From Candidatus Omnitrophota bacterium (GTDB taxonomy: Bacteria > Omnitrophota > Gorgyraeia > Zapsychrales > Aceulaceae): a stretch of DNA of 64,000 nucleotides. Positions 53,241 through 60,445 of this stretch are shown here, in pieces. The first letter of the stretch is position 1; each line of letters starts with the position of its first letter. Position numbers and translations under genes: made by a program. The stretch is taken from assembly GCA_028693815.1 (NCBI GenBank), contig JAQUUP010000001.1:72433-136432 (forward strand), written 5' to 3'. The notes under the pieces are model-generated. The model worked only from the letters and a program-made list of their open reading frames with translations, was not told the origin of the DNA and ran no database searches.

Positions 53241-53696
53241 ATGAATAAGAAGAATGCTCAATCGCCTCTAGAATATATTATGATTATTATTGCTGTTATT
53301 GCGTCGATCACAGCGATGGGGCCGTATGTTATTCGGGGAGTTAATGCTTATATGCGTTCTTGGGAGATTTCAGCTGAACAGACACAAAGAGACACAAGGG
53401 CGCGCTTAAATGCTTGGGAGGTTCCAGGGGCAGAGCCTCCTTTGTCTGTTGAATGTGGATATTTTTCTACTGACCAGAGCGGTTGCAAGGCAGCTGTTGG
53501 TGAAGATGGAAGTCGGTGCTGGTGGTGGCAGCAATACGAAGAAGTGACTGATAATCCTGGTGATTGCGCTGTTACCTTTGATACATGTAGGATGAGAGGA
53601 TCAACAACTTCGGGATTTATTGTTATAAATGGATGCACCATGAGTGATAATTTTTGTAACGTAACATATGACGAGGATTGTAATTTTGCGACTTAG
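53241..53696 (+). CDS. Flp/TadE-like pilin with N-terminal prepilin motif and Cys-rich (8 Cys) C-terminal domain
   Basis: MNKKNAQSPLEYIMIIIAVIASITAMG (A/QSPLEY is a Flp-type motif), then C-rich ECGYF..GCKAAV..RCWWW..CAVTFDTC..CTMSDNFC..DEDC. Confidence 0.55.
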   Translation: MNKKNAQSPLEYIMIIIAVIASITAMGPYVIRGVNAYMRSWEISAEQTQRDTRARLNAWEVPGAEPPLSVECGYFSTDQSGCKAAVGEDGSRCWWWQQYEEVTDNPGDCAVTFDTCRMRGSTTSGFIVINGCTMSDNFCNVTYDEDCNFAT

Positions 53697-53740
53697 GTTC
53701 TTTATTTAAACGGGAGAAACCCAAAAAAATTAGAAAAATG

Positions 53741-53769
53741 TTGTACTGACCTCGATTCCCCAGTATAAT
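53741..53769 (+). promoter_or_regulatory. Sigma70-type promoter (TTGTAC, 17 nt spacer, TATAAT) ahead of the PPIase-cpaB-secretin-cpaEF operon
   Basis: TTGTACtgacctcgattccccagTATAAT. The operon's first gene starts with GTG behind an AAGGAGG RBS. Confidence 0.45.
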
Positions 53770-53812
53770 CAAATATACATATTTTTAATAACAATATTTT
53801 AAGGAGGTTTTT

Positions 53813-54778
53813 GTGAAAAAGAAGCAATTATTTATATTTTTTAGTATTTTTATACTTTTATCGACAACAGGTTGCGATAAGTTTTCTTTTTTAGAGGATT
53901 ATTTCCCTTCTCTTAAGAAAAACAAGAAAGAAAAAGTTGTTCAGAAAGAAAATATTAAAAGTGGCCAGAACGAACCTGTTAAAAAAGAAACAATAGTTTC
54001 TGCGAAGCCTGAAGCACCTCTTGCTAAAAATGTTTTAGTAAAAATGGGTGACTGGACGATGACGATTGAAGAATTTAAGGAGAAAACAAAAGGGTTAAAA
54101 GAAGTTTTGCCGGAATACGACGAGAATGACCCTGAAACAAAAAAATTAGTTTTAGAAGAATTGATTCGTCAACAGCTTTTAGTTGAGGCTGCTAAAAAAA
54201 GAGGGATTGATAAAAAAGAAACGGTTGTTGCTGCTATCGAAGAATTCAAAAAAACTCTTTTAGTTCGTGAGCTGGCTGTTGAGATTGCTGAAAGCATTGT
54301 CGTTACAGATCAAGAAGCTAAAACATTTTATGATGAGAATCAAGAATTATTTAAAGAGCCAGATCAGTGGCGTATCCGAGAGATTCTTGTTGACAATGAA
54401 GCAAGAGCAAAAGAATTGGCTGTTGCTCTTTTGCAAGGAGCAGACTTTGCACAAGTGGCTCGAGAAAACTCTATTGCTGAAACAGCTTCTAGCGGGGGAG
54501 ACACGGGATTTGTTGTGGAATTTGAAGATCCAAAAATCCAAAATGCTGTTTTTACATTAGAGCCAGGCTCTGCGAGCAATGTTTTTAAAGGAGACAAAGG
54601 ATATTATATTGTTAAGCTCGAAGAAAAAAAGCAAGGAATAATGCAGAATTTTGAGGATGTGAAAGAAGAGTTAAAAGAAGGCCTTGTAGCGATGAATCAA
54701 CAGCAAGCGATTATTGATTATGTTGAAACTTTGCGATCAGAGGCGAATATTGAAATTAACGAAGATCTTTTAAAATAA
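53813..54778 (+). CDS. Parvulin-type peptidyl-prolyl isomerase lipoprotein (SurA/PrsA-like), GTG start
   Basis: Lipobox LLSTTGC. PpiC domain GGDTGFV...GSASNVFKGDKGYYIVKLEE. Confidence 0.7.
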   Translation: MKKKQLFIFFSIFILLSTTGCDKFSFLEDYFPSLKKNKKEKVVQKENIKSGQNEPVKKETIVSAKPEAPLAKNVLVKMGDWTMTIEEFKEKTKGLKEVLPEYDENDPETKKLVLEELIRQQLLVEAAKKRGIDKKETVVAAIEEFKKTLLVRELAVEIAESIVVTDQEAKTFYDENQELFKEPDQWRIREILVDNEARAKELAVALLQGADFAQVARENSIAETASSGGDTGFVVEFEDPKIQNAVFTLEPGSASNVFKGDKGYYIVKLEEKKQGIMQNFEDVKEELKEGLVAMNQQQAIIDYVETLRSEANIEINEDLLK

Positions 54779-54788
54779 AGGCTGGTCT

Positions 54789-55607
54789 ATGGCTATTGAT
54801 TTTAAAAAATTTAATAATAAGCAAATTGGCATTGTTATTTTGGCGGTGATTGCGGGGATTGTGGCCATTGTGTTGACTAATAACTATATCAATACGACGG
54901 TTTCAAAAGGAGCTTCGTCGGAAGAGATTAAGGCTTTGTTTGAAAAAATACAAAAACTAGAACAAGAAAACAAGTCGCTTTATCAGCGACAAGACGCCTA
55001 TGCTGGCCAAATTCAGCAAAGGCTTGATTCGTTTTCCCAAACACAGGCACAACAGCGTCAGGCCCCACCAAAAGAAAACGGAGACATTGTAAAACCTCAA
55101 TCTCTGGCCCTCAAAACACCTTCTGGTAAAAGAGCGATTACGGTTAAGATCGAGACTTTATCTGCTGTTGGAGGCTTGATTAATCCAGGGGATTTTGTCG
55201 ACATTTTAGTTCATATAAAAGCAAATGGTTCAAGTTCTGGAGAAAAAACAACAGTTACATTATTCCAGAATATTCAAGTTTTAGCTATTGGCTATAATGT
55301 TGAGATGCCTGCAAATTTTGAAGCTCAACAAAAAACAGCTACTCTTCCTATAACATTAGCTGTTGATCCAGAACAAGTTGAGATGATTACATTTGCTGAA
55401 ACACATGGAAATCTTCAGCTTGTTTTAAGGGGCCCAAGAGAAACGAGAGAAGAACGTTTGCCATCGGGCAATTGGGATACATTTAACAAATATCTCTTAG
55501 AAGAGCAAGGAGTTGTTGTTAGCTCTCCAGCGTCGCCGAAAGAAACCGTAGATCTTAACGAAAAAGAACAATCTAATATTCAAGTTTTTCGAGGGGGAGT
55601 AGAATAA
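54789..55607 (+). CDS. cpaB: Flp pilus assembly protein CpaB/RcpC (N-terminal TM, SAF and RcpC domains)
   Basis: RAITVKIETLSAVGGLINPGDFVDILV...LFQNIQVLAIGYNV matches the CpaB SAF/RcpC pattern. Confidence 0.7.
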   Translation: MAIDFKKFNNKQIGIVILAVIAGIVAIVLTNNYINTTVSKGASSEEIKALFEKIQKLEQENKSLYQRQDAYAGQIQQRLDSFSQTQAQQRQAPPKENGDIVKPQSLALKTPSGKRAITVKIETLSAVGGLINPGDFVDILVHIKANGSSSGEKTTVTLFQNIQVLAIGYNVEMPANFEAQQKTATLPITLAVDPEQVEMITFAETHGNLQLVLRGPRETREERLPSGNWDTFNKYLLEEQGVVVSSPASPKETVDLNEKEQSNIQVFRGGVE

Positions 55608-55614
55608 AAACTTT

Positions 55615-57255
55615 ATGAAAAAAAATATTTCAAAAAAATATATTGGATTTTTTATTTTTGTCGCGACAGTCTTTTTCTTAATAGCGGCAGCGCCTGAAGC
55701 GTTTTCGAAAAGTTTCAGGGAAACAATTGGTGCTTTTGGAGAGGATACCCTTGAGATGGTCGTCGGAGATCTTGATACAATTTGGACTAAAGAATTGACA
55801 AGGGTTGCCGTTACAGATCCTTCTGTTGCGGATGTGGTCGAAACAAGCGCATCTGAGATTTTAATGTCAGGAAAAAAAGCTGGTAAAACAACTGTTTTTA
55901 TTTGGGATCAATATGGAAAGAGATCAATCGTCGTTTGGGTGTTTGAGGAGAATTTAGATCTCGTCGAAACACGATTGAAATCTCTTTTGCAGAGCGCTGG
56001 CATTAAAGACTTAGAGTTTAAAGAAAACGCACTTGAAGGAAAGATTGTTGTTTCTGGTGAGCTCGATGACGCAAAGAAAAAGGAATTTGATGGTATGGTT
56101 GAGCCTTTTTCAGATAGCATCGTGAATCTTGTTAAAGAAAGAGAAAAAAAAGAGCTTATTGAAATTGATATTCAAATATCAGAGATTAATACAACGGTAA
56201 CAAAGAATTTAGGAATTGAATGGACCAACTCTGAAGGCGGAGGAAGCTTAGAGTACGATGAAACTTTACCAACATTTAATCCTAACGCACCCACTGATTT
56301 TTTCAAAATAGGCGATTTTGCTAGAACCACGGCGCTTAAGGCAACAATCAATGCGCTTATTACTGAAGGAGAAGGAAAGGTTCTCTCTCGGCCAAGAATT
56401 GTTATGAAAAGCGGAGAAGAAGCTAGTTTTTTAGTTGGAGGCCAGATTCCCGTTAGCACTACAACGACAACCGAAGGTGGCAATGTTACACAAAACATAG
56501 AGTTTAAAGATTACGGAGTTGATTTAAATCTTAAGGCTATAGTAAAAGAGGACGATAAGATTGACATTGAGCTTAAGGTTGAGGTAACAGATGTCGACAG
56601 CTCCTATATTGTTTCTGGAAACTATGCCTATACGACACGTACAGCAGAAACAAAGCTTCTTTTGGACAACCTTCAAACCGTTGTCTTGGCAGGATTTATT
56701 AAAGACAATAAAGCAGAAAATATCTCTAGAGTCCCATTCTTGAGTGATATTCCTATATTAGGAGCTATTTTTAGAAATAAAAGCACAGACCCAAATAAGC
56801 AAACAGAGCTTTTCATTACTTTGACGCCTAAAATTATTTCAAGAAACCGTATGGCAGAAAGTGATGATGTAGAAGAAAATATTGTAAAAGCGACTCCAGT
56901 TATTGAGGAAAAGCCCATTTCAACAGCTAAGGAAACATTTCGGTCTATTTCGGTTCCAGCAAATATAGCAAATTATGTTAAAGCGATTCAGAGAAAAATT
57001 GCTGGAAATCTTATGTATCCCGAGGATGCCAGACAGTCCAATTTTCAAGGAGCTGTTGATTTAGAGCTTGTGCTTCTTAGAAACGGCGCTCTTTTGTCCG
57101 CTTTGATAAGCCAATCTTCCGGCTATCCAGTTTTAGATCAAGCTGCGCTTAATACGGCACAGCGTTTTTCCCCTTATGGAAATTTTCCTTCAGATGTTAA
57201 TGCTAGAGAAATAACAGTAACAATTCCTATTGTCTATCGACTAGACATGGATTAA
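55615..57255 (+). CDS. cpaC: Tad-type secretin (CpaC/RcpA) with an added C-terminal TonB-C-like domain
   Basis: Secretin core VLSRPRIVMKSGEEASFLVGGQIPV...RVPFLSDIPILGAIFRNK. The C-terminal 100 aa YPEDARQSNFQGAVDLELVLLRNGALLSALISQSSGYPVLDQAALNTAQRFSPY follow the TonB_C pattern (YP..A....EG.V.....V...G......SSG...LD.AAL.A). Confidence 0.8.
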   Translation: MKKNISKKYIGFFIFVATVFFLIAAAPEAFSKSFRETIGAFGEDTLEMVVGDLDTIWTKELTRVAVTDPSVADVVETSASEILMSGKKAGKTTVFIWDQYGKRSIVVWVFEENLDLVETRLKSLLQSAGIKDLEFKENALEGKIVVSGELDDAKKKEFDGMVEPFSDSIVNLVKEREKKELIEIDIQISEINTTVTKNLGIEWTNSEGGGSLEYDETLPTFNPNAPTDFFKIGDFARTTALKATINALITEGEGKVLSRPRIVMKSGEEASFLVGGQIPVSTTTTTEGGNVTQNIEFKDYGVDLNLKAIVKEDDKIDIELKVEVTDVDSSYIVSGNYAYTTRTAETKLLLDNLQTVVLAGFIKDNKAENISRVPFLSDIPILGAIFRNKSTDPNKQTELFITLTPKIISRNRMAESDDVEENIVKATPVIEEKPISTAKETFRSISVPANIANYVKAIQRKIAGNLMYPEDARQSNFQGAVDLELVLLRNGALLSALISQSSGYPVLDQAALNTAQRFSPYGNFPSDVNAREITVTIPIVYRLDMD

Positions 57256-57278
57256 AAAAGTGATTTTAAAAGGAAACA

Positions 57279-59438
57279 ATGAGCGCAAAAACAACCGTTG
57301 TTTTTAGCACTAAAGGGGGCGTTGGAAAAACTTTTGTTGCCCTTAATTTGGCTGTGGAAATGGCTTCCAAAAGAACAAAAGTTCTTTTGCTTGATTTTGA
57401 TCTTCAGGCGAGCCAAGATTTGGCTAGAACAGCAAATATTAAAACAGAAAAATCTATTGTTGATATTCTTTCTAATAATGAGTCCCTGGAAAATGCAGAG
57501 ATGATTGTTAAGGCGTGCTCTAAACATTCGTCTGGAATTCATTTTCTGCCATGTGTGACTCATGTCGATCAAGTTCCTTTGATTAATCAAGAGAAAATTA
57601 TATTGTTTTTCAAAAAAGTTGCACCTCTTTATGACTATATTATTGTCGACGGAGGAAAGGTTTTTAACGAGACGCTGATTACTGTTTTTGATCAGTCAAA
57701 TCTTATCTTGTTAACGGCAACGCCAGATATTTTAGCTGTTTTTCAGGCCCGATGGTGCTTGGATGTTTTAGAGAGACTTCATTTTCCAAATAGCATTGTT
57801 AAACTTGTTTTAAATCGATCGCAAAGTCGCGGAGGAGTTGCCTGGCAGGAAGTACGCTCTGCTCTCCCCTGTGAAATTTTTGCACAGATTCCATCGGACG
57901 GACATGCTGTTGGGCTTGCACTAAACAGAGGTGTTCCGTGTGTTTCGGATGCACCAGGTAGTCCTGCTAGCGAAGCTGTCAAGAAGCTCGCAGATCGATT
58001 AATCAAAGAAACAGTTTTTATTCAAGGAACAGAAGTTGCTCGCATTCGCACAACAACAAATTCTGGCCAAGAAGAGAATTTCTGGGAAAAGTTGGGAATT
58101 AGTTCAAAGATTTCAGAAAGCAAAGAGGTTTTGTCGGTTGCTCACGAGGATGATGAAATTATTAAGTTAAAGCAAGCTGTACACGACAAACTTGTTGATC
58201 GATTAAATTTAAGTACTATTACAACAGAAGCTTTAAGGGACCCTAAGCAATCTAAGAAAATTAGGGAAAGCACCGAAAAAGTGATTGGCGATCTTTTAGC
58301 TGAAGAGGCAGACGCCCTTATTTCTTCTCATGACGAGAGGAGACGATTGGTTAAAGAAATTGCTGATGAGACTCTTGGCCTTGGCCCATTGGAAGAATTT
58401 TTAGCCGACCCAGAGATTACAGATATTATGGTTAACAATAAAGATGAGCTTTATGTTGAAAAAAACGGACGCATTATTTTAACTAATAAAAAATTTATTT
58501 CAAATGGTCAAATTCGTGCGATTATTGAGCGTATTATAGCTCCTTTAGGACGACGCATTGATGAATCTGTGCCTATGGTTGATGCTCGACTTCCGGACGG
58601 ATCTCGTATCAACGCGATCATTCCTCCTTTGTCTTTAAAAGGACCAATGCTGACTATTCGAAAATTTGCACAAGACAGGATTACCGTTGAAGATCTTCTG
58701 CATATTCATCATTCTGTTTCGCAGCCAATGGTTGATTTTTTAAAAGCTTGTGTTTTGTCGCGAAAAAATATTATTGTTTCCGGTGGGACGGGATCTGGCA
58801 AGACAACATTGCTAAATGTTATTTCTTCTTTTGTCCCGGACGGGGAGCGTATTTTGACAATTGAAGATGCCGCAGAGCTTAAGCTTCGGCAAAGGCATTG
58901 GGGTCGGCTTGAGTCTCGTCCTCCTAATGTTGAAGGAAAAGGCGCCATTACAATACGAGATCTTTTTGTTAATTCTTTGCGCATGCGTCCAGATCGCATT
59001 GTTATTGGCGAATGTCGTGGGCCAGAAGTTTTAGATATGCTTCAGGCGATGAATACTGGGCATGATGGTTCTATGACAACGATTCACGCGAACACAACGC
59101 GGGATGTTTTAGTTCGCATGAGTTCTTTGATTTTGTTAAGCGGCTTAGATCTTCCGCTAAAGGCGATTTATGAAATGTTTTCAACAGCGATTGACATTGT
59201 TGTCCAGATTTCTCGATTTTCAGACGGAACAAGGAAGATCTCAGGGATCACAGAGATTGCCGGATTAACAAAAGAACGCGAAATCATAATGAAAGATGTC
59301 TTTGTTTTTGAACATCAGGGTATTAGTGAATCTGGAGAAATTTTAGGTGAATACAAGGCGACCGGCTATGTTCCAGCTTGTTTTGACGATTTTGCCAAAA
59401 GAGGTATTGCCATCACCAAAGATGTTTTTAATGCATAA
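57279..59438 (+). CDS. cpaEF: Single-polypeptide fusion of a TadZ/CpaE-like ParA/MinD ATPase (N-terminal 270 aa) and TadA/CpaF secretion ATPase (C-terminal 430 aa)
   Basis: N-terminal TTVVFSTKGGVGKTFVALNLA deviant Walker A. C-terminal IIVSGGTGSGKTTLLN Walker A, ILTIEDAAEL Asp box, GHDGSMTTIHAN His box. One uninterrupted 719-codon frame. Confidence 0.8.
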   Translation: MSAKTTVVFSTKGGVGKTFVALNLAVEMASKRTKVLLLDFDLQASQDLARTANIKTEKSIVDILSNNESLENAEMIVKACSKHSSGIHFLPCVTHVDQVPLINQEKIILFFKKVAPLYDYIIVDGGKVFNETLITVFDQSNLILLTATPDILAVFQARWCLDVLERLHFPNSIVKLVLNRSQSRGGVAWQEVRSALPCEIFAQIPSDGHAVGLALNRGVPCVSDAPGSPASEAVKKLADRLIKETVFIQGTEVARIRTTTNSGQEENFWEKLGISSKISESKEVLSVAHEDDEIIKLKQAVHDKLVDRLNLSTITTEALRDPKQSKKIRESTEKVIGDLLAEEADALISSHDERRRLVKEIADETLGLGPLEEFLADPEITDIMVNNKDELYVEKNGRIILTNKKFISNGQIRAIIERIIAPLGRRIDESVPMVDARLPDGSRINAIIPPLSLKGPMLTIRKFAQDRITVEDLLHIHHSVSQPMVDFLKACVLSRKNIIVSGGTGSGKTTLLNVISSFVPDGERILTIEDAAELKLRQRHWGRLESRPPNVEGKGAITIRDLFVNSLRMRPDRIVIGECRGPEVLDMLQAMNTGHDGSMTTIHANTTRDVLVRMSSLILLSGLDLPLKAIYEMFSTAIDIVVQISRFSDGTRKISGITEIAGLTKEREIIMKDVFVFEHQGISESGEILGEYKATGYVPACFDDFAKRGIAITKDVFNA

Positions 59439-59464
59439 TCTCACCGCTTTTTAATTCTTTTCTT

Positions 59465-59806
59465 ATGAGAATTCTTAATTTAACAGAAAAAACAATTGTT
59501 GCAGTAAAAGCAAAAGAGGCTAAAAGTTTTTTAGCTCGCCTCAAAGGTCTTTTGGGAAAAAAATTTTTTGGTCCTGAGGATGCGCTAGTTATCGATGGAT
59601 GTCAGGCGATTCATATGTTTTTTATGAAATTTTCAATCGACGTTCTTTTTATTGACCAAAAAAATAAGGTTGTAGGATTGGTTCAAAACATAAAGCCTTT
59701 TTGCATAAGTCCTTTTTTCTTTAGAGCAAGGCAGGCGATTGAACTTCCTGCAGGAAGCATTGAGAAATCCTCAGTTCATATTGGGGATTGTTTAGAAATA
59801 GAATAA
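59465..59806 (+). CDS. DUF192 family protein
   Basis: ARLKGLLGKK...IHMFFMKFSIDVLFID...ELPAGS matches DUF192. Confidence 0.6.
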   Translation: MRILNLTEKTIVAVKAKEAKSFLARLKGLLGKKFFGPEDALVIDGCQAIHMFFMKFSIDVLFIDQKNKVVGLVQNIKPFCISPFFFRARQAIELPAGSIEKSSVHIGDCLEIE

Positions 59807-59810
59807 TAAG

Positions 59811-60161
59811 TTATTCGATATTATCAAATGTATCACTTGCATCCATAACACGATCTAGCCATTGATGACAATGTTTACAGATTCGCGCTTCCTTAAAGAC
59901 TTTTTTTCCACAAAAAAAACATTTCTTTTTTTCAATACTTTTGTAATCAACATTAATTAAATCATCAATAATAAATTGGTCACAAAAAGGGCATTTTTTT
60001 GGTTGCTCTAAAACAGCTTCAAAACAATAGGGACATTTTTGCATAAAGAGTTTCCTTTCTTTTTTTATATTTTGAATGGTTTGTTTTATTTTGACAAGAA
60101 GAATTTTTGATTTTAATAAATAGAGAATAATTGCCTTTTTAAGCTTGACGTTGGTATTCAA
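59811..60161 (-). CDS. Double zinc-ribbon protein (three CxxC pairs). The true start is probably the internal Met (MQKCPYCF), which leaves the upstream region intergenic.
   Basis: CPYC..CPFC..CFFC..CKHC. The track start is a TTG 39 codons upstream of the first ATG. Confidence 0.45.
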   Translation of the reverse strand: MNTNVKLKKAIILYLLKSKILLVKIKQTIQNIKKERKLFMQKCPYCFEAVLEQPKKCPFCDQFIIDDLINVDYKSIEKKKCFFCGKKVFKEARICKHCHQWLDRVMDASDTFDNIE

Positions 60162-60174
60162 GCTAGGATATAAT
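60145..60174 (+). promoter_or_regulatory. Sigma70-type promoter (TTGACG, 18 nt spacer, TATAAT) on the plus strand, divergent from the zinc-ribbon gene
   Basis: aagcTTGACGttggtattcaagctaggaTATAATg. Confidence 0.4.
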
Positions 60175-60180
60175 GAAAAA

Positions 60181-60278
60181 AAGCATTTTGGACATTTTCT
60201 CTCTGGACATTCTTGTCTGATTTCTTTAGAGTTTTCTAGAAAAATCAGGCAGATGACCCCGCAAAGCGGGGTTTTATA
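60181..60278 (+). ncRNA. Candidate small RNA (about 100 nt) bounded by the promoter above and an intrinsic terminator. No homology assigned.
   Basis: Promoter-to-terminator unit with no ORF longer than 15 codons. Contains the direct repeat TGGACATT twice. Confidence 0.3.
60256..60278 (+). terminator. Rho-independent terminator (7-bp GC stem ACCCCGC/GCGGGGT, AAA loop, TTTTAT tract)
   Basis: gACCCCGCaaaGCGGGGTtttat read directly. The reverse-complement side lacks a U-tract. Confidence 0.55.
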
Positions 60279-60306
60279 AGAAAGATAATAATAAAAATTT
60301 TAATTC

Positions 60307-60438
60307 GTTCCGCTAGGCCGCGGAACTCACAGGGTAAATTCGAAAATCTAATCGGTGAATATCCCGATACCCTTCGGGTACGGGATAAATTCGCTCAATA
60401 AACTTATGTCGGCAAAATTGGCCTCCATAAGTTTGGAG
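60307..60438 (+). repeat. Hairpin-linker mosaic repeat array (3 hairpins, 2 TAAATTCG linkers) directly upstream of ORF 60446. The last hairpin sequesters the GGAG Shine-Dalgarno sequence.
   Basis: gttccgc-taggcc-gcggaac, tcccgataccc-ttcg-ggtacggga and ctcca-taagtt-tggag. Linkers GGTAAATTCGAAAATCTAATCGGTGAATA and TAAATTCGCTCAATAAAC align with the 21.8 kb linker TAACATTCAAAATCAAATGCTCAATA. Confidence 0.55.
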
Positions 60439-60445
60439 CTCATTT

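Noticed and set aside
60173-60220. 15-codon ORF (MKKSILDIFSLDILV) downstream of the 60145 promoter
   Set aside because: Too short to support and lacks an RBS. The unit is treated as a candidate non-coding RNA instead.
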